64,000 bases of DNA, taken from NCBI GenBank assembly GCA_963664395.2, contig OY761159.2:960001-1024000 (forward strand), given 5' to 3'. Within the stretch, counting starts at the first letter, position 1; each line of letters opens with the position of its first letter. Source of the stretch: Candidatus Binatia bacterium. Lineage in GTDB: Bacteria > Desulfobacterota > Binatia > Bin18. Both the position numbers and the translations under genes were made by a program. The notes under the pieces are model-generated. The model saw only the letters and a program-made list of their open reading frames with translations. It made no database searches and was not told the origin of the DNA. Shown here in pieces: positions 51,276 through 59,800 of the stretch.

Positions 51276-51297
51276 AGAAACAGGCCAAGGAGAATAT

Positions 51298-52557
51298 ATG
51301 AGCCAGGTGTCCTCGCAGGCCACCGCTCCAGCGGAGCAAGATATTCGAGTCGCCGCGCCAATGGCGCGGGTTGAGGCTCCGGCCCACATTATTCGTGACG
51401 ATCAGGAAGCCATAGCAGTGGCCCAGCGTCTGGCCGAGCGCTTTCGGCAGGAGTCGGACAAACGTGACCGGGAGCGCCGCCTGCCGCGCAAAGAACTGGA
51501 CGAATTCTCCCAGAGCGGATTATGGGGCATCACTATTCCGAAAGAATACGGCGGTGCGGGAGTATCGTTCTCGACCGCGGCCGAAGTGGCAACGATTATC
51601 TCTGCCGCGGATTCCTGCCTGGGCCAGATTCCACAGAACCATTACTATATGGTTGAAGCCCTCCGGCTGGATGGGACTGAGGAGCAGAAGCAATTCTTTT
51701 TTCAGCGGGTGCTGGAGGGCGATCGTTTTGGGAATGCCTTTGTCGAGGTTGGCACCAAAACCGTCTTTGACTTCCAGGCGCGTCTCACGGCCAAAGGCGA
51801 TACCTATATCTTGAACGGTAAAAAGTTCTATTCCACCGGCGCGGTGTTTGCCCACTGGGTGCCCGTTGTCGCCAAGGACGACCGGGGCCGCATCGCCATC
51901 GTCTTTGTCAAGCGCGATGCTCCGGGCGTGACCATCATCGACGACTGGTCCAGCTTCGGCCAGCGCACCACAGCCAGCGGCACGGCTGTTTTCGAGCATG
52001 TCGCAGTCAACGCTTTTGATGTTATTGATCACCATGCCGCTTTTGACCGCCCAACGACGATGGGCGCAGTGGCCCAAATTTTTCATGCCGCGGTCGATGC
52101 CGGTATCGCGCGGGCGGCCCTGGCCGATACGATCAATTTTGTCCGCCAGTATACGCGCCCGTGGATTGATAGCGGCCAGGAGCACGGCTACGAAGACCCG
52201 TACACTATTTATCAAATTGGCGAGCTCGAAGTCCGCGTGCACGCTTCAGACGCATTGCTCGAACGGGCCGGCCGTTATGTTGATGCTGCCGTAGCAGCAC
52301 CGACACAAGAGACGGTTTCCGCAGCCTCGGTTGCCGTAGCCGAAGCCAAAGCCATGTCCACCGAAGTCTCTCTTCTGGCAACAAACAAGTTGTTTGAGTT
52401 GGCCGGAACACGCTCAACGCTGGAGGAGTACAATCTGGACCGCCACTGGCGCAACGCCCGCACCCATACGTTGCACGATCCGGTGCGCTGGAAATACCAC
52501 ACCATTGGGAACTATTGGCTGAATGGCGTCCCGCCGCCCCGCCACGGCGCGAGTTAG
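51298..52557 (+). CDS. sfnB: SfnB family sulfur-acquisition oxidoreductase (tandem paralog)
   Basis: Same motifs as the upstream gene. Confidence 0.88.
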   Translation: MSQVSSQATAPAEQDIRVAAPMARVEAPAHIIRDDQEAIAVAQRLAERFRQESDKRDRERRLPRKELDEFSQSGLWGITIPKEYGGAGVSFSTAAEVATIISAADSCLGQIPQNHYYMVEALRLDGTEEQKQFFFQRVLEGDRFGNAFVEVGTKTVFDFQARLTAKGDTYILNGKKFYSTGAVFAHWVPVVAKDDRGRIAIVFVKRDAPGVTIIDDWSSFGQRTTASGTAVFEHVAVNAFDVIDHHAAFDRPTTMGAVAQIFHAAVDAGIARAALADTINFVRQYTRPWIDSGQEHGYEDPYTIYQIGELEVRVHASDALLERAGRYVDAAVAAPTQETVSAASVAVAEAKAMSTEVSLLATNKLFELAGTRSTLEEYNLDRHWRNARTHTLHDPVRWKYHTIGNYWLNGVPPPRHGAS

Positions 52558-52627
52558 TCCACTGCTTTGATAAAGAGTTTTCTCTGTCTATAGGGGGTCA
52601 GGTAGTACCATCCACTGCCAAACCGGC

Positions 52628-52867
52628 TTAAACCCGCTCCCTGCCCGCCGTCGCAAGCAGCCGAGTTCGCACCTCATCAGAAAATGTTACCCGGACGAAA
52701 CGACTCGTCGGATAAAGGTAGTCCTCCCCTGACTCATCAACCACGCGTATGCAATCGACCTCTGCTGCCTTCTGGTCTGGAAGGACTTGGTACACCTTCC
52801 AGACTTCCAGGTCTTCGTAGCTTTCATTTGTCACGCAAATGGCGAATTCACATTGCTCTGTTGGCAT
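52628..52867 (-). CDS. Small acidic hypothetical protein (second gene of a TA-like pair)
   Basis: FAICVTNESYEDLEVWKVYQVLPD...IRVVDESGEDYLYP; 79 aa. Confidence 0.75.
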   Translation of the reverse strand: MPTEQCEFAICVTNESYEDLEVWKVYQVLPDQKAAEVDCIRVVDESGEDYLYPTSRFVRVTFSDEVRTRLLATAGRERV

Positions 52868-52878
52868 ATATACCAGCC

Positions 52879-53130
52879 TTAATCTAAGACTCGTTTGACC
52901 TTCATCTTCTGCCGACCAACGCCATGAGCTTCATACCAGTGCAACTCTGCCAGGCGGACCTCGTGGTTGGGGAAACGCACGCGGCCAATACCTTTGAGCT
53001 TACGCCACCGACGCCCGCCGAATTGTTCCCTCAATCGCTGCCGCTCGCGGATGGACAGATTGACAGCGATAATTTCAATATCCGTTAATTCGCCGAGGAG
53101 TTCAAAGCCGATCCCTACGCTGTGGAGCAT
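52879..53130 (-). CDS. Small basic hypothetical protein (first gene of a TA-like pair)
   Basis: FELLGELTDIEIIAV..SIRE...WRKLKG...AELHWYEAHGVGRQKMKVKR; 11 nt from the partner gene. Confidence 0.75.
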   Translation of the reverse strand: MLHSVGIGFELLGELTDIEIIAVNLSIRERQRLREQFGGRRWRKLKGIGRVRFPNHEVRLAELHWYEAHGVGRQKMKVKRVLD

Positions 53131-53215
53131 AACCGTCGTTCAATTCACATTCAAGATACAAGCCTGCCTGCGACGCCTGAACGTAAACCGGAAATCACCA
53201 ACCCGGCGCCACCAC

Positions 53216-54622
53216 TCACTTCGACCGTCTGAGACAAGGAGGTAACCGACGAAACGGACTATATGGATTTTCGCAACCGAGAGCAGAAAACCCCTCCACG
53301 AAGACCGCACTTAGTCGAGCGATAGACATGTTATTCATTTCCCACACTTGGATCGTGGTAAAGATTATAGAGACAGATAAGACGGTTGCTCCAAACAATA
53401 CCCCAATTGGGCGAATTGGACGGGGGTCAGGCATTGGTTGTACAGGCGGTACTTCGCTGGTCGCAGAGGCGCGACCGGCTACCGTAGGTCCAGGGAGTAA
53501 AAGGCGAGACTTTGATGTTACCTGCCTGGTAAAGCCCCGATGAGTTAATAATTTACCGACCTTCTGAATGTTCTGTGTGAAGCTATCCCGTGCAGCTTTA
53601 ACGACGTAGACACGCTGTTCTTCGATCCACACTAGAATGCGTCTGTTCAGCTGTTGAATTCCAGCGTTTAGGTCTCCAATAATCTGCGCCTCTACTCGCT
53701 CTTTAATGTTGTCCAGATTCTCCCCCGCAAATAGCCCGACGAGTGCCCCGACTCCCGCACCTATGAGTGTCCCTACCCCTGGAGCGATGAAGGTTCCGAT
53801 GATCGCACCCGCACCAACTCCGCCAGTCGTGGCGGTCATCCTATCTATCCCTATATTTTTTGCCGCGGCACTGATCGTAGCCTGTATCCCAGCCGACGAG
53901 AATCGTGGAGGCATAAATTGTCTCTTGGGGTTCAATCCGCGATATTGGAAAATGAGAGCGACCAGACAAAGAGCGAGAGGAATGAAGAGGAGATAGGGTT
54001 GCTTAAACACGATGGCCGGGGGATTCGGGAGAACAACGCAGACTGTAGGCACAAGGAAAGAAACCAGTAGAAACGAATTCCGATATAAGGTGGCCCACCA
54101 GTAACGACGACGCGCGGTATAGAGGTCACGAAAGAGCGAGAACAGAAATTCATCGTCGGCCACCTTCGCACGCTTGCAGAGGCGATCTACTTCCGACTCA
54201 ATGTCGTTAACCAACTCGACCCAGAGATCCTTGATGCGCTCTTTAACAGCCGTATCCAAGTCCGAACTCGATCCTGCTACGTGGATACAATAACGAATGT
54301 TCTCTTTAGCATCCGCAACCGCCTGTTTGTAAAATTCCTCATATACCTTTCCCATCTTTAAGAAGCTCATGTTGATCTGTTCATCAATGTGAGCTTCGTC
54401 GAAAATGTCTGTAGTAACCTCTGCCGTCCGCCCCGAACTAGCAGTTAGACTTTCTGCGATCAGAGTATAAGCCGTTGTGAGCAGAATAAACGGCTGCGCG
54501 TCGGCTGTTTTCGATGTGTCAGGGTGAAGCTGTTTGGCTCGCTCTCGGTAGCGAACCTTGACTTGATCGAGTGAGGCGTTTTCGGGAACGCCGAGAATGG
54601 CATAGGCGGTCGTGAGGTCCAT
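53216..54622 (-). CDS. J-domain (DnaJ) membrane protein with glycine zipper
   Basis: AYAILGV...VKVRYRERAKQLHPD (HPD motif); two TM helices; GGVGAGAIIGTFIAPGVGTLIGAGVGALVG; AT-richer. Confidence 0.8.
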   Translation of the reverse strand: MDLTTAYAILGVPENASLDQVKVRYRERAKQLHPDTSKTADAQPFILLTTAYTLIAESLTASSGRTAEVTTDIFDEAHIDEQINMSFLKMGKVYEEFYKQAVADAKENIRYCIHVAGSSSDLDTAVKERIKDLWVELVNDIESEVDRLCKRAKVADDEFLFSLFRDLYTARRRYWWATLYRNSFLLVSFLVPTVCVVLPNPPAIVFKQPYLLFIPLALCLVALIFQYRGLNPKRQFMPPRFSSAGIQATISAAAKNIGIDRMTATTGGVGAGAIIGTFIAPGVGTLIGAGVGALVGLFAGENLDNIKERVEAQIIGDLNAGIQQLNRRILVWIEEQRVYVVKAARDSFTQNIQKVGKLLTHRGFTRQVTSKSRLLLPGPTVAGRASATSEVPPVQPMPDPRPIRPIGVLFGATVLSVSIIFTTIQVWEMNNMSIARLSAVFVEGFSALGCENPYSPFRRLPPCLRRSK

Positions 54623-54636
54623 AATGTCATTTTGCC

Positions 54637-55359
54637 CTACGCCGGTGTGTGCTCGGCCAGAAAGCGCTCGACGGCCTGCTTGGCAGTCGGGATATGCTCG
54701 GGCTCTTTCCAGTGCTCGACCAGCGTTGCCTGTGGGGCGATCTCGGCAATCTCTCGGGATGTCTCCTGCGGATGATAGAGGTCGTCTCCCAATAATACTA
54801 ACAATGGCGTTTGACAGTTTGAGACAAACTCTTTCGAGACGTTGAAGAGGAAGTCTCCACTATACATGTTTGTTTTGAATGACTCCCACGCCTCGTCACC
54901 AACGTCGGGCCGGGAGGGTTTCAGCTCGGCGGCCCAGCCATCAAACATTTCAAAAAACGCCTGACGATTGTTAGACAGACCAATAGTCTGAAAGAGAATA
55001 GCCGATGCGACACGTTGCGGCGCGGCCTGGATGAGTCCCATACAGTATGGTCCGCCAATGCACATGCCGGCCACATGGAAATTCTCAACCCCCAAATGAT
55101 CCATCAATGCCAGTTGGTCTTCCGTGTAGGTATGCCAACTGTCCGCAGCACTGATCGGGGCGGTTGATTGTCCAGCGTTGCGTTGGTCCATTGCAATAAC
55201 GCGATAGCTGGGTGAAAGTTGCTCAATCGGGTTCCAGGGGGTTTTCTCCCAAAAGGACACGGACGAACGCATGCCGCCCGGTGCGATGAGTAAGATCGGA
55301 AATCCTGCGCCCTGCTCTTCGTAATACAACTTGGTCTCGCCACGTTCGAATATCGGCAT
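54637..55359 (-). CDS. Alpha/beta hydrolase (Cys nucleophile, GMCIG)
   Basis: LLIAPGGMRS...AMDQRNAGQS...AGMCIGGPY...DDLYHP. Confidence 0.88.
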   Translation of the reverse strand: MPIFERGETKLYYEEQGAGFPILLIAPGGMRSSVSFWEKTPWNPIEQLSPSYRVIAMDQRNAGQSTAPISAADSWHTYTEDQLALMDHLGVENFHVAGMCIGGPYCMGLIQAAPQRVASAILFQTIGLSNNRQAFFEMFDGWAAELKPSRPDVGDEAWESFKTNMYSGDFLFNVSKEFVSNCQTPLLVLLGDDLYHPQETSREIAEIAPQATLVEHWKEPEHIPTAKQAVERFLAEHTPA

Positions 55360-55529
55360 ATATGTCTCCCTTCGCCTTTTTTCACCAGAAGATAGAAACT
55401 TCCAACGTCCTTTTCAAGCTGCGCCCGGACCTGAGCAGGCCGGACGCTTGACATGGGTCTGCCTCAATAGGGTAGAGTGGCCCCAAATTGAGTAGAAATC
55501 CCGAATCTTCCGGACGAAAGAAGGAGTGG

Positions 55530-56666
55530 ATGATGAAACAGCATCGCGTCATATCCGCCGACTCGCACGCCATCGAACCCCCTGACCTGTGGCAACAATA
55601 CCTGCCCTACGCCTACAAAGACCGTGGCCCCCATGTTGTTTCGGAATCTACGGGAGATATCTGGGTGTGTGAGGGCATGCAGTCGCACGTTGCAAAACGT
55701 CCGATGGGCGCGGTGGCAAGAAACAGAGAGAAGGCATATGCCGCGGCGGCAGCAGGCGATAAACGCTACGCCACGGATGCGAACGATTGGAACCCGGATG
55801 CACGGGTGAAGTATATGCGGCAGGACGGAGTGGATGCCGAGGTGCTGTATCCTAACTACGCCATGCGGGCCTTTGGCATCCCCGACCAAGACCTACAGCA
55901 GGCCGTCTGCCAGGCGTATAATGACTGGCTGAGCGACTTTTGCAGCGCCCATCCAAAGGAATTATTCGGTATTGCCGTGGTGCCGGCCTTTGATGTTGAC
56001 TGGGCAATACGGGAGTGCCGGCGAGCCAAGGAAAAAGGACTCGTCGGTGTACTTTTGCCTCAAGATACCCCCGACGGCTCACGCTATTCGGCAGCGCACT
56101 GGGACCCGCTGTGGGCCACGCTGGCCGAACTCGGTATGCCGCTCAGCCTGCATATTATTGCCTCTGGCCATGCCAACACCAATTGGACGCGGGATGAGAC
56201 TGGCGAAGAAAGTGCGGCGGTCGGCTACGCGGTCCTGCCGGTACGCATGGCGCGGGCGTTTGGCACTTTTATCCTGGAGGGCGTGTTTGACCGTCATCCA
56301 GGCTTGAAACTGATTTCAGCCGAGAATGAACTTTCGTGGGCCGCCAATTTTCTGAGTCGCTTGGACTGGGGCTATCACCGCCGCACCATGGCCAAAGACC
56401 CCATGGTCAGGTGTCAGCGCTTACCCAGCGAGTATTGGCACGAGCACTGTTATCTGACGTTTATCGATGACCTGCCGGGAGTCATGCTGCGTGAGTTTAT
56501 CGGGGTGGATCGCATCATGTGGTCGTCAGATTTTCCCCACCTTGACAGCAGTTGGCCCGAATCCCAGCGCTTCTTGGAGAAACATCTGGCCGCTGTCCCC
56601 GCAGATGAGGCCCGACCGATTGTCGCGGAGAATTGTATGCGCCTGTATGGTTTGGGGGAGGTTTGA
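55530..56666 (+). CDS. Amidohydrolase family protein (Amidohydro_2)
   Basis: VISADSHAIEPPDLW...DRHPGLKLISAENE...WSSDFPHLDSSWP. Confidence 0.9.
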   Translation: MMKQHRVISADSHAIEPPDLWQQYLPYAYKDRGPHVVSESTGDIWVCEGMQSHVAKRPMGAVARNREKAYAAAAAGDKRYATDANDWNPDARVKYMRQDGVDAEVLYPNYAMRAFGIPDQDLQQAVCQAYNDWLSDFCSAHPKELFGIAVVPAFDVDWAIRECRRAKEKGLVGVLLPQDTPDGSRYSAAHWDPLWATLAELGMPLSLHIIASGHANTNWTRDETGEESAAVGYAVLPVRMARAFGTFILEGVFDRHPGLKLISAENELSWAANFLSRLDWGYHRRTMAKDPMVRCQRLPSEYWHEHCYLTFIDDLPGVMLREFIGVDRIMWSSDFPHLDSSWPESQRFLEKHLAAVPADEARPIVAENCMRLYGLGEV

Positions 56667-56691
56667 TCTGAGGGTCTTCCGGAAAGAACAA

Positions 56692-56711
56692 GATGGGTCC
56701 GGGGACCCATC
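56692..56711. terminator. Hairpin between convergent genes
   Basis: gatgggtc-cggg-gacccatc. Confidence 0.45.
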
Positions 56712-56724
56712 CTCCTCTCAATAT

Positions 56725-57186
56725 CTACGAATCGGCACTCAACAATTCGGCCAGCCGCTCGTCCGCGTAATACACGACAATCGCACGTTCGGCGAAGTAC
56801 CATTCCCCACCATCACGGACAAAGCGGTCGTCATATCGACCAATTGCCTGACGCGGTGTGGTTTCGTCTTTAGCGATGAGGTCGGCGTCCATATAAGACA
56901 CCACCCGCGCTTCGTCTCCGTTCAGATCAATCTGAATGTTGGATATCTTATGGCGGAGGTGGGTCAGTTTCGCCCGGAAGTATTTATGGTAGTTCGCATA
57001 CCATTCGCGCACAGCCTCACGACCGTTATAGCCGTCGTTGTCTTCAAGGCTGACCACTAGCCGTCCGTTGGGATGAAAGAGCACGGCCACATCATCCGCG
57101 CTGCCGCGATCGACCGCATGACAATAGCGATCAATCACCCGACGAATGGCGGCTTCGTCCATGACCCGACGCATTTCGTCACTCAT
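56725..57186 (-). CDS. Nuclear transport factor 2 / SnoaL-like protein
   Basis: DEAAIRRVIDRYCHAVD...GRYDDRFVRDGGEWYFAER. Confidence 0.88.
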   Translation of the reverse strand: MSDEMRRVMDEAAIRRVIDRYCHAVDRGSADDVAVLFHPNGRLVVSLEDNDGYNGREAVREWYANYHKYFRAKLTHLRHKISNIQIDLNGDEARVVSYMDADLIAKDETTPRQAIGRYDDRFVRDGGEWYFAERAIVVYYADERLAELLSADS

Positions 57187-57296
57187 TGGCTTGCCTCCTT
57201 GTCAGTAGTTTACGATTCCATGCTTCGACTGGACCTAGCCCTATAGGCTAGGCGATACATAACCGGAAAAAACAAAAGGGCACAATCGCGCCTCAC

Positions 57297-57740
57297 TCAT
57301 GCCCTTGTCGGGTCCACAGCAACAATTCCTTCTGTACCATAGCGAACGAAATCAGAGGTGTTCAATGTAAGGATATACGTCACGCTGTGAACCCTCATGG
57401 CAGCCACAAGGCGGGCGTCATATACTTGAACACCTGAAACTCCGAAGGAAACGACAAGCCGACGCCATTCAGTGTATACCGCAGGTGAATCCGGTAAGAG
57501 GGGGAAAAGCCGCTCCACAAAGCGCAGGAGTCGGTCAGCTTTGGCAGAGACCAAACCAAATCCGTTCCTTTCTATTGGCCGAGTAGCGACATTCCAGAAT
57601 TCGACAAAGTTCTGGGGCGTAGCACGCAACCGGTGTCCACCGGCACGGAGCTTCCGCACTGCGGCGCGGATAGTTGCATGAAGCGGGTGAGCGCGGTCTG
57701 CAAATCGCAGCAGGACGTTTGTGTCTACGAGGTAGGTCAC
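57297..57740 (-). CDS. vapC: PIN domain (VapC) toxin
   Basis: YLVDTNVLLR...QNFVEFWNVATRP...VYDARLVAAM...TLNTSDF; acidic catalytic residues present. Confidence 0.9.
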   Translation of the reverse strand: MTYLVDTNVLLRFADRAHPLHATIRAAVRKLRAGGHRLRATPQNFVEFWNVATRPIERNGFGLVSAKADRLLRFVERLFPLLPDSPAVYTEWRRLVVSFGVSGVQVYDARLVAAMRVHSVTYILTLNTSDFVRYGTEGIVAVDPTRA

Positions 57741-57742
57741 AG

Positions 57743-58324
57743 CTAGGGGTGGTCTTCGTAGATGCCCTTACGACTAACGGCGTAGTCTGAGAGCGAAGGA
57801 GCATTAGGGTCAAGGTCCGCCGCAAGAGTATCGGCCAGTTGGTCTGTTGTCACTTCAAATTCAGCCTCTGTCAGTTCGGCGGGTATTTCCTGAAACGCTT
57901 CCCCTCCAAGATGCTTTGCAAGGCAAGTGACGAAGGTCTTGATCTCGTCTAGGGAAAGCTTGGCACGGAATCCATCCCTATCTTCAAATGAGAAGCCACC
58001 CACTTTATCGCCTGCGTTAAAGGGTTCGACTTTGAAGTGCGCGACAGCATTTCTCAACTTCTTGACCACCTGTCTTAGGTTGGGCTGGTGTTCGTGACCA
58101 TACGCGCACTTGCCAGGCTTTATAGAACCCGACCTTATACCCCACTTAGAGAGCGAGTCGAAGTCGTCTTTCGGAATCTTTTCATACAAGGTCTCCTTTG
58201 GAAGGACGAGCAAGCCAAGAAGGCAGTTGACGAGAAGGGTCGCGTCTAGGTTTCCCCCATAGTCATTGACGAGGGTGAGCGTACGACGCATGAAGTCCTG
58301 TTCGAAATCATTTTCGTACTCCAT
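57743..58324 (-). CDS. HEPN nuclease (pEK499-p136-like) fused to an acidic antitoxin-like C-terminal tail
   Basis: TLLVNCLLGLLVLPKE...LRNAVAH (RxxxxH), then ELTEAEFE...PSLSDYAVSRKGIYEDHP*, ending 2 nt before vapC. Confidence 0.8.
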   Translation of the reverse strand: MEYENDFEQDFMRRTLTLVNDYGGNLDATLLVNCLLGLLVLPKETLYEKIPKDDFDSLSKWGIRSGSIKPGKCAYGHEHQPNLRQVVKKLRNAVAHFKVEPFNAGDKVGGFSFEDRDGFRAKLSLDEIKTFVTCLAKHLGGEAFQEIPAELTEAEFEVTTDQLADTLAADLDPNAPSLSDYAVSRKGIYEDHP

Positions 58325-58423
58325 GGGTATCTCCTGAGGATATAGTCTATGACATATGCCCTATTGAGGATGGCCAAGCCTAGCAACTGTTGCAGTATTT
58401 AGCCATCCAATAGTGACAGTCCA

Positions 58424-58882
58424 CTACGCCATCGGCTCTAACACCACCACCGGAATCTCGCGCTCGGTCTTAGCCTGATAGTCGTTATAGGGCGGATAAA
58501 TGACCGCCATTTTTTCCCATAGCGCAGCCCGCTCTTCTCCACTGGCGGTTCGTGCCTTGGCCTTAAAACATCTGTCCAGCACCTGCACCTCAACCTCTTC
58601 GTTTGCGGCCAGATTCAGATACCAGCCGGGATGTTTGGGTGCGCCGCCTTTGGAGGCGACGATAATATAGTTTCCATCAGCCTCGCCGTAAATTAAGGGC
58701 ATGATGCCCGTCTTGCCCGACCGACGACCCGTTGTGGTCAGCAACAGTGTCGGGAGGAGCCCTGGCCCGCCAACCGGCGCGGAATCCCACATATGCCCGT
58801 CGGCGCCATCCGTATCGAGGTAGCGCTGTAAATGGTCTGCAATCCAGCTTGGTAGATTATCCGGTACTTTGACATCACTCAT
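58424..58882 (-). CDS. Deazaflavin (F420)-dependent nitroreductase family (DDN)
   Basis: LLLTTTGRRSGK...IVASKGGAPKHPGWYLNL...YQAKTEREIPVVVL. Confidence 0.92.
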   Translation of the reverse strand: MSDVKVPDNLPSWIADHLQRYLDTDGADGHMWDSAPVGGPGLLPTLLLTTTGRRSGKTGIMPLIYGEADGNYIIVASKGGAPKHPGWYLNLAANEEVEVQVLDRCFKAKARTASGEERAALWEKMAVIYPPYNDYQAKTEREIPVVVLEPMA

Positions 58883-58926
58883 ACTATTCTCCTTTTCCTT
58901 TGATTGACTATCTGACACACTGAAAC

Positions 58927-59322
58927 TCACTGTTCCGGCAGGTCTTCCAATAGCAGGGTTCGAGCCGCCATGATGACATGCTTTTCAACCCCATTCCGCC
59001 GATGTTCATTGGCCGCTAAAAACTCCTTGCTTTCCACCATATCAATAAACGCTGCGCGGCTTGGATAATAGACGAGGATCGCCCAGTCCCAGTCCACATC
59101 GCCCCCTTCATGCAGGGCTGCTTCTGCTACAGGCCCCGCCCAGAGCACCCGTCCGCCTCGGTCTTCAACGAGCTTCTGGACCGGCTTGGTATACCGAGCG
59201 TAGGCTTCCCGGCCCGTTCCGTCTCCGTCCAGCGACTGCGCCCGATACTTGATCAGATTGATCATCGTGACCGGGCCTTCGTCGGGCGACTCGCGAAGTA
59301 CATCGACGTTGAATGTGCTCAT
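58927..59322 (-). CDS. DUF1330 domain protein
   Basis: GPVTMINLIKYR...TGREAYARY...WDWAILVYYPSRAAFIDMV. Confidence 0.85.
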   Translation of the reverse strand: MSTFNVDVLRESPDEGPVTMINLIKYRAQSLDGDGTGREAYARYTKPVQKLVEDRGGRVLWAGPVAEAALHEGGDVDWDWAILVYYPSRAAFIDMVESKEFLAANEHRRNGVEKHVIMAARTLLLEDLPEQ

Positions 59323-59357
59323 AGGCTTCTCCTCTTGAAATGCTCAGATTGAAATAC

Positions 59358-59774
59358 TCAGAACAGGTCAAGCTGCTTCTTCTCTTCACTCGCGTTTTCC
59401 AAAGGATGGAAACCCTGCGCTTCAGCCCACTCCGGATCGGGGCCCTGCCAACCGAAGCGTCCGAGATCGGTCACTCCTTTGACACTAAAAGTGATCCCTT
59501 CCTGCTCAAGCAAGGTCTGCTGACGTTGCCCGGTACTCACTCTGCCTTGCGCATTGATAACCCGCTGCCAAGGAACGGGAGGGTCAGGCTGTCCATCCCG
59601 TAGAGCGGCCATGGCGTCACCAACTTCCCGTGCGGTCACAGACGCGCCCATGACTTGTGCGATTTGGCCGTAGGTGGCGACACGCCCGTATGGAATCTGC
59701 CGGGCAATCTCGTAAACGCACGAAAACACCGAACGCGGCCCGTCTGCTTCTCCGTCTCGATCAGGATGGTGCAT
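59358..59774 (-). CDS. Alkyltransferase-like (MGMT family, Atl/YbaZ type) protein
   Basis: VYEIARQIPYGRVATYGQIA...VPWQRVINAQG (PWxR instead of PCHR). Confidence 0.88.
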   Translation of the reverse strand: MHHPDRDGEADGPRSVFSCVYEIARQIPYGRVATYGQIAQVMGASVTAREVGDAMAALRDGQPDPPVPWQRVINAQGRVSTGQRQQTLLEQEGITFSVKGVTDLGRFGWQGPDPEWAEAQGFHPLENASEEKKQLDLF

Positions 59775-59800
59775 TCGGCTTCCTCTCCGTCTCGATCAGG
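59749..59800. repeat. 17-bp direct repeat spanning a gene junction
   Basis: tctccgtctcgatcagg at 59749-59765 and 59784-59800. Confidence 0.75.
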
